A stretch of DNA of 64,000 nt from the sequence record MW812342.1. One strand, 5' to 3'. The notes beneath the pieces are model-generated. The model saw nothing but the letters and a program-made list of their open reading frames with translations. It had not been told where the DNA came from and searched no databases. Both the position numbers and the translations under genes were made by a program. Below, one piece after another: positions 9,251 to 16,175 of this stretch (its first letter is position 1; each line of letters starts with the position of its first letter).

Positions 9251-9961
9251 TCAGGCGTTTAACAGTGGAATCTGCGTAATCGGCTGACTAAGTGGTTGCG
9301 GCTCCCATGTGAGCGTTACGGCGTTAAATGCACGCTTGATGTTCTGATAGCGCGCATTGACACACACCGTGTGTTTCACATCCCACCGTTCATGCTCGGG
9401 AATCGCGTTTTCAATCTGCTCACGAAAGAACAGATAGTTGCGATTGTAGTTCAGCGTGACATCCGAGATCGACGGGTAGCTGTAGAGATGCGGGTCATCG
9501 TTCTTGTCGGCATACGACGGCCAGCCGAAGTTCTTCACCGCTTCGTAGAACGAGTTGGCAAGGAACGCTTCAACCTTCATCATTTCCATAATCCGCAAGA
9601 ACATCAAATCCGCAAACGGCTTATCCGTCGCCCGCGACAAATTGCCAGCCGGGGTATCCGGGTAGGGTACCGGCGACGGGGCTTTCTGATACAGCAGGTC
9701 GTGGATACACGCGGCGGCAGCCCACGGCCCATCAGGATGAAGAATCGGTTGCAACGGTGCCGGGATGCTTGCCAAGTCAGTCACAAAGCCCGCTGGGGCG
9801 GTGACGTACATCAGCGTGTCAGGATGGACACCTGAGCGGTGCACCATGTCATCCAGTCCCGGTTGGTCACGGTACAGTGCCCGCAACGTAAACGGCACCC
9901 GAAAGTCTTCTGTCAAGATGAACCACTGCTTATCCAACACTTTGTACTTCAACTCGTTCAT
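9251..9961 (-). CDS. DUF1353 family protein
   Basis: The motif PAGFVTDLASIP...P.GPW..AA..HD.LY...AD..F...M is characteristic of DUF1353. Confidence 0.8.
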   Translation of the reverse strand: MNELKYKVLDKQWFILTEDFRVPFTLRALYRDQPGLDDMVHRSGVHPDTLMYVTAPAGFVTDLASIPAPLQPILHPDGPWAAAACIHDLLYQKAPSPVPYPDTPAGNLSRATDKPFADLMFLRIMEMMKVEAFLANSFYEAVKNFGWPSYADKNDDPHLYSYPSISDVTLNYNRNYLFFREQIENAIPEHERWDVKHTVCVNARYQNIKRAFNAVTLTWEPQPLSQPITQIPLLNA

Positions 9962-10074
9962 GAAAGCGCCACCTTAACCATACTGAGCACCACCATGCCT
10001 ATAATCGACCCCCACAGCACATACGCAGGTGGATCATCTTCGGTAAAGAATCTTGTCGGTACAGATTTGTTCAT
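9958..10074 (-). CDS. 38-aa single-transmembrane protein (not in ORF track; holin/antiholin-like candidate)
   Basis: Hand translation gives MNKSVPTRFFTEDDPPAYVLWGSIIGMVVLSMVKVALS*. It has an AAGGG SD and its TGA overlaps the DUF1353 ATG (ATGA). Confidence 0.55.
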   Translation of the reverse strand: MNKSVPTRFFTEDDPPAYVLWGSIIGMVVLSMVKVALS

Positions 10075-10093
10075 GGTGATGCCCTTATGATTA

Positions 10094-10693
10094 TTATTTA
10101 GAACATACGCCTACCTTGATAGCGTAGTCGCCCATTTCACGGTAGACGCGGTCATACCAACCGTACGTGAACTCTTCGTTCTGCACACGCTTCTCGGAAA
10201 TCTCGGTGTAGTACGACACCTGATGAGACGTCAGTGCGAACATCAGACGGTTGAAGCCGTCCAGACCACGGGCTTTCAGGAACCCTTCCAGCGCGGTCAT
10301 GGTTGCCGGGCCGATACCACCATCGGCATCGATGTCGGCGTACAGTTTACCCTGACGGTTCAATACGTTCAGGATGCGTTGCAGAGATTTGATGCAGTTA
10401 GCACGACCGGCGTTGATGCCAAAGTCGAACATACGGTCAGCCAAGAGCGGATTCCATGCGAGAATACGGTCAAGGCGCATACGGTCCCACCACCCTTTCT
10501 TGTAGATGTCAAGAGCCATCTGACGCGTCAGGTTACGCATGTCGCCGGTGTACCCGTTTTCACGCGCAGTGGCTTGTGTGATGCCGAAGTTGGTTGGGCC
10601 ACCCAAGTCGTTCGGGTTGTTAACATAACCGGCTTCGATGTTAACCTTGGCCGCAATGATGCCTTCCATACTCCAACGGTCTACAGTTGTCAT
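10094..10693 (-). CDS. Endolysin, glycoside hydrolase family 108 with C-terminal peptidoglycan-binding domain
   Basis: Catalytic-region motif EAGYVNNPNDLGGPTNFGIT, plus FDFGINAG, LQRILN, DGGIGPAT and GW..RV. The ATG at 10693 has SD GAGGA. Confidence 0.88.
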   Translation of the reverse strand: MTTVDRWSMEGIIAAKVNIEAGYVNNPNDLGGPTNFGITQATARENGYTGDMRNLTRQMALDIYKKGWWDRMRLDRILAWNPLLADRMFDFGINAGRANCIKSLQRILNVLNRQGKLYADIDADGGIGPATMTALEGFLKARGLDGFNRLMFALTSHQVSYYTEISEKRVQNEEFTYGWYDRVYREMGDYAIKVGVCSK

Positions 10694-10736
10694 AACATTT
10701 CCTCTAATAAAGAACAACAGTCATAACAACCGTAAG

Positions 10737-10776
10737 AAAAAAAAAGAAAAGCGACCCACCCCCGAAGGAGTGGGTA
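10737..10776 (-). terminator. Intrinsic terminator closing the radical SAM operon
   Basis: ACCCAC.CC-GAA-GG.GTGGGT hairpin with a long A-tract on the plus strand (U-tract on minus). Confidence 0.7.
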
Positions 10777-10780
10777 CGGC

Positions 10781-11437
10781 TTAGGCTACACCGTTATCCG
10801 CAGCAAGCTGCTTAATCGCGGTGAAGTCTTTTTGCTCCGTGAGGATACGGATGCGTTGTTTCAGCACCGACATGACCATGTGCAGGTCATTGTCACGCGT
10901 GATGATTTCCGCATAGAGGGCTTTCACGTCCTCCACCGTCCACGGCTCGATAGGCTCGTTGTTCAGCGTCATCCAGTACATAGGGTCAACCCCAGACTGA
11001 ATATAGCTTTGCATCGATTCGCGCGACTTCTCATCGGCTTGGAACGTCTTGTCACGGAACGCAATCGGTGCGTAGCGTTCTGCGTTATACTTGTCGTTCA
11101 GCTTCGGATAAATCGCATTGACTTCCTGATAGAGGTAGTTCTCCGTCGAGGTCAGCGCGGTACGTACTTGGTCTAAATCAATTTCCAGCACGTTCGCGAT
11201 GAAGTCTTTGGTCTTCTTCATCAGGAATTCAATTTCAACCGGCGACAGGTCGAAGCCTTTGAGTTTCTCGCGGGCTTTCTTGTCACTCATACCGTTAATC
11301 AGATGGTAGTGCAGCAGCAGGCAGAACCCGATACGGTTTTCCATCTGGTCTTGGTATTCTTCCACGTAGTTACCGTAGCGGTCGATACGCGTGCCCCGTT
11401 CGAAATAGCGGGCTTTTATTTCGTCGTTACTAAGCAT
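10781..11437 (-). CDS. DUF4376 domain protein (tail-fibre assembly/chaperone-like)
   Basis: The C-terminal FQADEKSRESM...W.TLNNEPI..T.ED...LY..I..R...LH...LK.RI pattern is typical of DUF4376, which usually lies next to tail-fibre genes. Confidence 0.65.
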   Translation of the reverse strand: MLSNDEIKARYFERGTRIDRYGNYVEEYQDQMENRIGFCLLLHYHLINGMSDKKAREKLKGFDLSPVEIEFLMKKTKDFIANVLEIDLDQVRTALTSTENYLYQEVNAIYPKLNDKYNAERYAPIAFRDKTFQADEKSRESMQSYIQSGVDPMYWMTLNNEPIEPWTVEDVKALYAEIITRDNDLHMVMSVLKQRIRILTEQKDFTAIKQLAADNGVA

Positions 11438-11973
11438 CCGGATTCTCCTGCAATCCCAAGGTCAACCAGCAGACCGAAGTCAATGAACTGGAAATCATTT
11501 TCCAACTCTTCACCCCAGAGCAGTTTGGCCTCTTCTGCTTCGTCGCCCATCTCTTCCAGCGTTTTGCGTGCCACTTCAAATTCGTGGTAGAACGCATCGG
11601 TCAGGTGAGTACCGCGCAGCGCACGGATAGTCACACCAGGGAAGTTCAGGGCCAATCCCACGACGTTGGTTGGGTCTGCATCGCCGGTAGAACGGCGCAG
11701 CACCTGCAACTTGTGTTTCGGGAACGCCACCACACGTTCTTCGAAACCGGGATTACGCTTCTCGATTTCGACAACAGACTGGTGGTCATCTTCCACGCCC
11801 TGTAAAGGCAGGATGACGTTCAGGCCATAACGGTTCAACAGACGAATGGTGTCATCGTTGAAATCTTCACCCGGCACGATCGCATGGATGTTGTACAGCT
11901 TGTGTTTGCGAAGAAACGCATCGACAAGGTGAACGTTACGCCGAGTAAAATTGTGAATCAGCAATGACTTCAT
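11416..11973 (-). CDS. Hypothetical accessory protein of the radical SAM cluster
   Basis: 185 aa; overlaps both neighbours, suggesting translational coupling; no family recognised. Confidence 0.6.
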   Translation of the reverse strand: MKSLLIHNFTRRNVHLVDAFLRKHKLYNIHAIVPGEDFNDDTIRLLNRYGLNVILPLQGVEDDHQSVVEIEKRNPGFEERVVAFPKHKLQVLRRSTGDADPTNVVGLALNFPGVTIRALRGTHLTDAFYHEFEVARKTLEEMGDEAEEAKLLWGEELENDFQFIDFGLLVDLGIAGESGCLVTTK

Positions 11974-13282
11974 TCGAGGCTCCGAGTTCTAATTTAAGTT
12001 TTTCTTTCTGCATACGGTCACGTACACAGCTCGCGCAATAACACATGGATTTGTCATGCAGGTCGGCGACATTCGTGGTACCGGTCTTCTGGTACCAGTA
12101 TTCGGACACCAACAGTTTCGCGGTCGTCCAACCACACTGGCGACGCTCAGCATGGTACTCTTTACGCGCTTCCAGCTCACCGTCACCGTTCTCGTAAGAC
12201 GCGGCCGCACAGCTACCACACGAGTGTTTCATCGGGCAACCTAAGCAGGTGGACGGGTAGTTGGTGTACTGCGTCTGGATTTCGTTCAGGAGCTTGTGAC
12301 CGTCAATGTTCACAATCTCACGCCCACGCAGTTCCGCGACTGCCGAACGGGTGGTTACGGTTGACATGAAGCGGTTACAGCCGTAGATCTTACGGTCGAA
12401 GCCGAGACAGGTCATGTGGGTCAGCGTACCGCAGTAAGGACGTACGCGGTCTGGGTGCAGACGGGTTGCTTCATCGTCCAGCAACTTCTGACGCCAGTCC
12501 GGGTCCCATGTCGCCATGAAGTCCAGCCCATCAGGAATGATGTGGGTCAGGATGTTACGTGGTGACTTGTGGTAGCCGTTGTCGACCCAGTAATCGATAA
12601 CGTCAATCATCTGGTTTGCAATACCCAGAGCCATATCGCGCGACAGGATGTCTTCGTACGTGACGTTACCGGAGATGGTACCACCGCCCGTTTCTTTAAT
12701 CAGGTGAATCATGCTCTCGCCGTAACGAGGCAGAGTTTCACCGGTAAAGGTGGCTTTGATACCGAGTTCTGCAATACCGACAGATTTCAGGTATTGGTAG
12801 CCGCGCATCGCCTGCTCGTACGAACCTTCACGCGACGTGGTGAAGATACGATAGCGGTCGTGCACTTCTGGCAGACCATCGATGGACACACCAATCGACA
12901 GGCGGTCTTTCCAGCGCTCAATGATTTCTTTGCTGATGGGACGGTCGAACAAGGTGCCGTTAGTAGAAATAGAGAATACGTACTGGCGGTTGTCGCGCGC
13001 CGCTAATTCTTCGGCTGTCTCAAAGACGGCTTTCAGAATCTTCGGCTGCATAAACGGCTCACCCCCGATGATGTCGATAATGATTTCGGCATCTTCGATG
13101 TGACGGTCGCGGTCAAAACACGCATGAATAAAATCGACAGCGTCATCCACTTTGTTGTTACGCGGATACTTACGTTCGTAGCAATACGAACAGTCGAGAT
13201 TACAAGACAGGTTAGTTACCACCTGATACGTGAGTGTGGGGCGCTGTTTACGCGTCTGCGATGTAGATCGTTCTTCGCTCAT
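11936..13282 (-). CDS. Radical SAM/SPASM peptide maturase
   Basis: It has CNLDCSYC (CX3CX2C), GGEPF, ISTNG and VSIDG. SPASM Cys array: YCG...C...GCNRF...CLGCPMKHSCGSC...C, with an extra C-terminal CYCASC. Confidence 0.92.
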   Translation of the reverse strand: MSEERSTSQTRKQRPTLTYQVVTNLSCNLDCSYCYERKYPRNNKVDDAVDFIHACFDRDRHIEDAEIIIDIIGGEPFMQPKILKAVFETAEELAARDNRQYVFSISTNGTLFDRPISKEIIERWKDRLSIGVSIDGLPEVHDRYRIFTTSREGSYEQAMRGYQYLKSVGIAELGIKATFTGETLPRYGESMIHLIKETGGGTISGNVTYEDILSRDMALGIANQMIDVIDYWVDNGYHKSPRNILTHIIPDGLDFMATWDPDWRQKLLDDEATRLHPDRVRPYCGTLTHMTCLGFDRKIYGCNRFMSTVTTRSAVAELRGREIVNIDGHKLLNEIQTQYTNYPSTCLGCPMKHSCGSCAAASYENGDGELEARKEYHAERRQCGWTTAKLLVSEYWYQKTGTTNVADLHDKSMCYCASCVRDRMQKEKLKLELGASNEVIADSQFYSA

Positions 13283-14172
13283 TTGATTACCTCATTGCGA
13301 TGTTTGCGAGCGTGAATCGTGCGATTGATGTAACGGTAGGCTTCTTGCCCAATGACTTTCGCCAGCATGTTACAGCCGCTATCGATTTCCATCTCGACAT
13401 CCATCGTGTAGCCGATAGACGCATCGGAGTCCAAGCGAACCAGACCACTGCACGCGTTGCACGACTGCTCAAAGAACTTGCTGATGGAAAACCCTGTTGA
13501 GCCATTGTTCATGACATTCAACCGTTCAATCTGGTCTTCCATTTTGTTGTAACCGAACATGAAGTTCATCACCAAATCTTGGTTCAGCGGTTTCTTCATG
13601 CGGTTGTCCAACAGCAGCGTCATGTCTTTGAAGCCGTAGTGGTAGAGTGCGCGGTGCAAGTCCAGCAAGTCAGTGTGCCAATATTTATCAGCCAACTGCT
13701 CACGAGTCACCACGGCCCACGTATGGACGTTGTTCAGCGCAGCCATCACTTCGAAGGCTTCGAATGCACCATCTTCAACGACACGCCAGAGCGGACGTTC
13801 GCTCTTTTTGTATCCATCGAACGACACACAGATACGGTTAAACTGTTGCAGCATCGGGAGGTGCTCCAGACGCATTTTCAGACCGTTCGTGTATAGCTCG
13901 TGAGTGAGATGCGGGTAACGGGCTTTGACCTCTGCCAGCAACGGCTCAATCTTGCGGGTTGCCATTAACGGCTCACCGCCCGTCCAGTTCATCCCTTGTA
14001 AAGTCGGGTACTTCTCCAGTTGTTCAAACAGCGCTTCACGCTGAATTTCCCGACCAACATCTTTTGTGTCCATGTAATACGCTCCGCCGCAGAAACTACA
14101 ATCCAAATTACACTTGGACGTCGTCACTATCGACAGCTCGGTAGGGGGACGTATTTGTGGTGCATCGGTCAT
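13279..14172 (-). CDS. Radical SAM protein (short, Twitch-like C-terminal Cys)
   Basis: It has CNLDCSFC, WTGGEPL, LYTNG and VSFDG, then C-terminal CNAC...GC. Its stop overlaps the start of the SPASM gene (ATGA). Confidence 0.88.
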   Translation of the reverse strand: MTDAPQIRPPTELSIVTTSKCNLDCSFCGGAYYMDTKDVGREIQREALFEQLEKYPTLQGMNWTGGEPLMATRKIEPLLAEVKARYPHLTHELYTNGLKMRLEHLPMLQQFNRICVSFDGYKKSERPLWRVVEDGAFEAFEVMAALNNVHTWAVVTREQLADKYWHTDLLDLHRALYHYGFKDMTLLLDNRMKKPLNQDLVMNFMFGYNKMEDQIERLNVMNNGSTGFSISKFFEQSCNACSGLVRLDSDASIGYTMDVEMEIDSGCNMLAKVIGQEAYRYINRTIHARKHRNEVIK

Positions 14173-14190
14173 TGCAGATTGCTCCAGTTT

Positions 14191-15069
14191 TTAATAGATC
14201 GCGAAAAGGGGGTCTTCCTCAAATTTCGCGCCCACATCCAACAGGAAATCGGAGTGGTAGGCTTCGAGAATTTGATTCAGAATCGCATGACGGTCGTTAA
14301 CCCGTTTGAGGTCATCGAGGGTCACGATTCGCGACTTGATGTTTGAAACTGCCTTTTCTTCGTCAGCTGTCAGGGAAACCTTCGTCAGAAGGAAACTCAC
14401 CAGCTTGCTCAGGTCAGCCTCGGTGCCCGGCGCTTCACCGTAACGCCACTGAACCAAGAACTGCATCCACGGTTTGCGGATACGGCGACTGATTTCGTGG
14501 GGGTCGGTAATCGCTTCGAACTGCTCATCTACCGCATTCCAGCGGAACTTGTAGCTGTACGCCAGCAAGTCGGCCAGACAATGGATACCGAGCGTTTCAT
14601 AACCTACGATGTGGTGGTATTTTTCCACACCTTTATATTCTTCCGTGCCGGTTGGTACTAAGGTGTACCAGAACGGGTTAGAAGACGGGTAGTCCCAGCT
14701 CCACTCGCGACGAACCATGGGAATGACGTCCAAATCCGCAAACGGCGTGAAGATCATTTCCAAATCCATCGAGTGGTTCAGGACTGCATCAGTAAAGAAA
14801 TACTTACCGTCAATCAGTCGGCCACTGGAGTTCAGCTCGCTTTCGTTAAACTTCACATGCTGAACGGTGTGCTTACCGATGGAGTAGGTATTCTCTTCGG
14901 TGTACTGCTTACGGACAATGTCCCGCCCACGTACCTTAGGCCATTCGCCTGGCAGCATCGAGATAAGGCGTACTTCGTCCGCGATGTGTGCTTTCACACT
15001 GTCGTACGACGAAATGTGTAACGGGAAATTTTGCGTCGTGCGGTACGCCAAATGGAGGTCGTTCTTCAT
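14191..15069 (-). CDS. Hypothetical accessory protein of the radical SAM cluster
   Basis: 292 aa with SD AAGGA, lying between the precursors and the first rSAM; no family recognised. Confidence 0.65.
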   Translation of the reverse strand: MKNDLHLAYRTTQNFPLHISSYDSVKAHIADEVRLISMLPGEWPKVRGRDIVRKQYTEENTYSIGKHTVQHVKFNESELNSSGRLIDGKYFFTDAVLNHSMDLEMIFTPFADLDVIPMVRREWSWDYPSSNPFWYTLVPTGTEEYKGVEKYHHIVGYETLGIHCLADLLAYSYKFRWNAVDEQFEAITDPHEISRRIRKPWMQFLVQWRYGEAPGTEADLSKLVSFLLTKVSLTADEEKAVSNIKSRIVTLDDLKRVNDRHAILNQILEAYHSDFLLDVGAKFEEDPLFAIY

Positions 15070-15087
15070 GGTTTCTTTATCCTTACT

Positions 15088-15297
15088 TTATCGGTTACCC
15101 GCGCCGTAACTGCACCCACCACTGCACGTCCAGCTACAGCTACCGCCGCAGTTATAGTGCGTAAGTGGAAGCCCAGCAAGGTTGTTGGTCGAACTGACCG
15201 TGCCGCGTGTGGCGATATAGTTGTTGGCCTGTGCGGTCGTGATGTAGCCTTCGACGCTTTGCACCCGATCGCGAATGTTTTTCAATGAGATTGCCAT
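15088..15297 (-). CDS. CXXX-repeat precursor peptide 3 (short core)
   Basis: 69 aa: leader MAISLKNIRDRVQSVE... plus core CGGSCSWTCSGGCSYGAGNR (4 Cys); SD GAGGA. Confidence 0.8.
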   Translation of the reverse strand: MAISLKNIRDRVQSVEGYITTAQANNYIATRGTVSSTNNLAGLPLTHYNCGGSCSWTCSGGCSYGAGNR

Positions 15298-15318
15298 AGG
15301 TCCTCACTCGATAGATTT

Positions 15319-15711
15319 CTATCGACTGCCTGAACAGCCAGAGCATCCCGTACAACTTGAACTACAGGAACCAGAACAGTTACCGGAGCACGTACCCGAA
15401 CAACCGGAGCACCCGCCCGAACACGAACCAGAACATCCTGAGCACCCACTGGTACACCCAGCAGTACAGCTCGACGAACAAGAGGAACCGCAGCTCCCTG
15501 ATGCCGAACCGGAACAGCCACCTGAACAGCTAGAACAACCCCAGCTACAGGTTCCGCCGCAATCGTAATGAACACGTCCTTGGCCGCCGAATAAGTCGAC
15601 GTTATTGGTTGCCTTACCACGAATGTAGGTTTGTACCCCACCTTCCGTTTTTAAGGCGTTCGCTTCGATCACCGCAATGCGATCCGCGAGGTTTCGTAAG
15701 TTGATAGCCAT
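15319..15711 (-). CDS. CXXX-repeat precursor peptide 2
   Basis: 130 aa: 50-aa leader MAINLRNLADRIAVIE... plus an 80-aa Cys/Ser/Gly core with 20 Cys; SD GGGAG. Confidence 0.82.
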   Translation of the reverse strand: MAINLRNLADRIAVIEANALKTEGGVQTYIRGKATNNVDLFGGQGRVHYDCGGTCSWGCSSCSGGCSGSASGSCGSSCSSSCTAGCTSGCSGCSGSCSGGCSGCSGTCSGNCSGSCSSSCTGCSGCSGSR

Positions 15712-15720
15712 TGTTGCTCC

Positions 15721-16110
15721 CTACTGTGGACCAGAGCACGCAGAACAACCGGTGCAGCTAGAAGAACATGACCCAGCGCAACCGCCGCCACACTTACCAC
15801 TGCACGATGACGCACAGGTACCTGAGCAACCCGAACAACCCGAACACCCACCACCGCAGTTAGAAGAACAGCTACCCACGCACGTAGAAGTACAAGTCCC
15901 TGCGCAGCTGGTACAGCTTGCAGAACACCCGTTAGAACACGACCAGCTACAACTGCCGCCACAATCCAGACGGGAGGGAGACCACCCACTGAACGAGTCC
16001 GCAGCGTTGTAAGCTTTCGATGCCACCTGCCCGTCTACACGGGGCCCGGTCGCATAGTTTGCTTCCACATTGTTAACGCGGTCGCGTATGTTTTTCATTG
16101 AAATTGCCAT
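15721..16110 (-). CDS. CXXX-repeat precursor peptide 1
   Basis: 129 aa: 49-aa leader MAISMKNIRDRVNNVE... plus an 80-aa core with 21 Cys; SD AAGGA. Confidence 0.82.
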   Translation of the reverse strand: MAISMKNIRDRVNNVEANYATGPRVDGQVASKAYNAADSFSGWSPSRLDCGGSCSWSCSNGCSASCTSCAGTCTSTCVGSCSSNCGGGCSGCSGCSGTCASSCSGKCGGGCAGSCSSSCTGCSACSGPQ

Positions 16111-16126
16111 ACGTTTCCTTTGTCAA

Positions 16127-16165
16127 TAAAAAAATGAGGACGCTGCCATAATGACAGCTCCTCAT
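16127..16165 (-). terminator. Intrinsic terminator between the fibre gene and the precursors, with TATG at the hairpin apex
   Basis: The minus strand reads ATGAGGA-GCTGTCA-TTA-TGGCAGC-G-TCCTCAT-TTTTTT. Confidence 0.7.
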
Positions 16166-16175
16166 GTAATAAGTG

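Noticed and set aside
15490-15520. In-register Ala replacing Cys in precursor 2, considered as possible selenocysteine recoding
   Set aside because: The codon is GCA, not TGA.
15275-16012. Plus-strand ORFs rich in QLEQPEQ/HPEH and alternative minus-strand V/Q/A-rich ORFs over the Cys-rich genes
   Set aside because: These are shadow frames of the low-complexity CXXX genes. Only the Cys-rich frames have SD sites, a shared leader and operon-consistent spacing.
15319-16110. Degenerate 9-12-nt DNA repeats (GAACAGCC/GAACAACC-like) as a possible CRISPR, VNTR or DGR template
   Set aside because: The repeats are codon-level consequences of CXXX, with no identical direct repeats or spacers. No reverse transcriptase or cas gene lies in the window.
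16121-16126. TTGACA on the minus strand just upstream of precursor 1
   Set aside because: There is no -10 hexamer at 16-18 bp spacing (it would fall in the coding sequence), and it lies downstream of the terminator U-tract.
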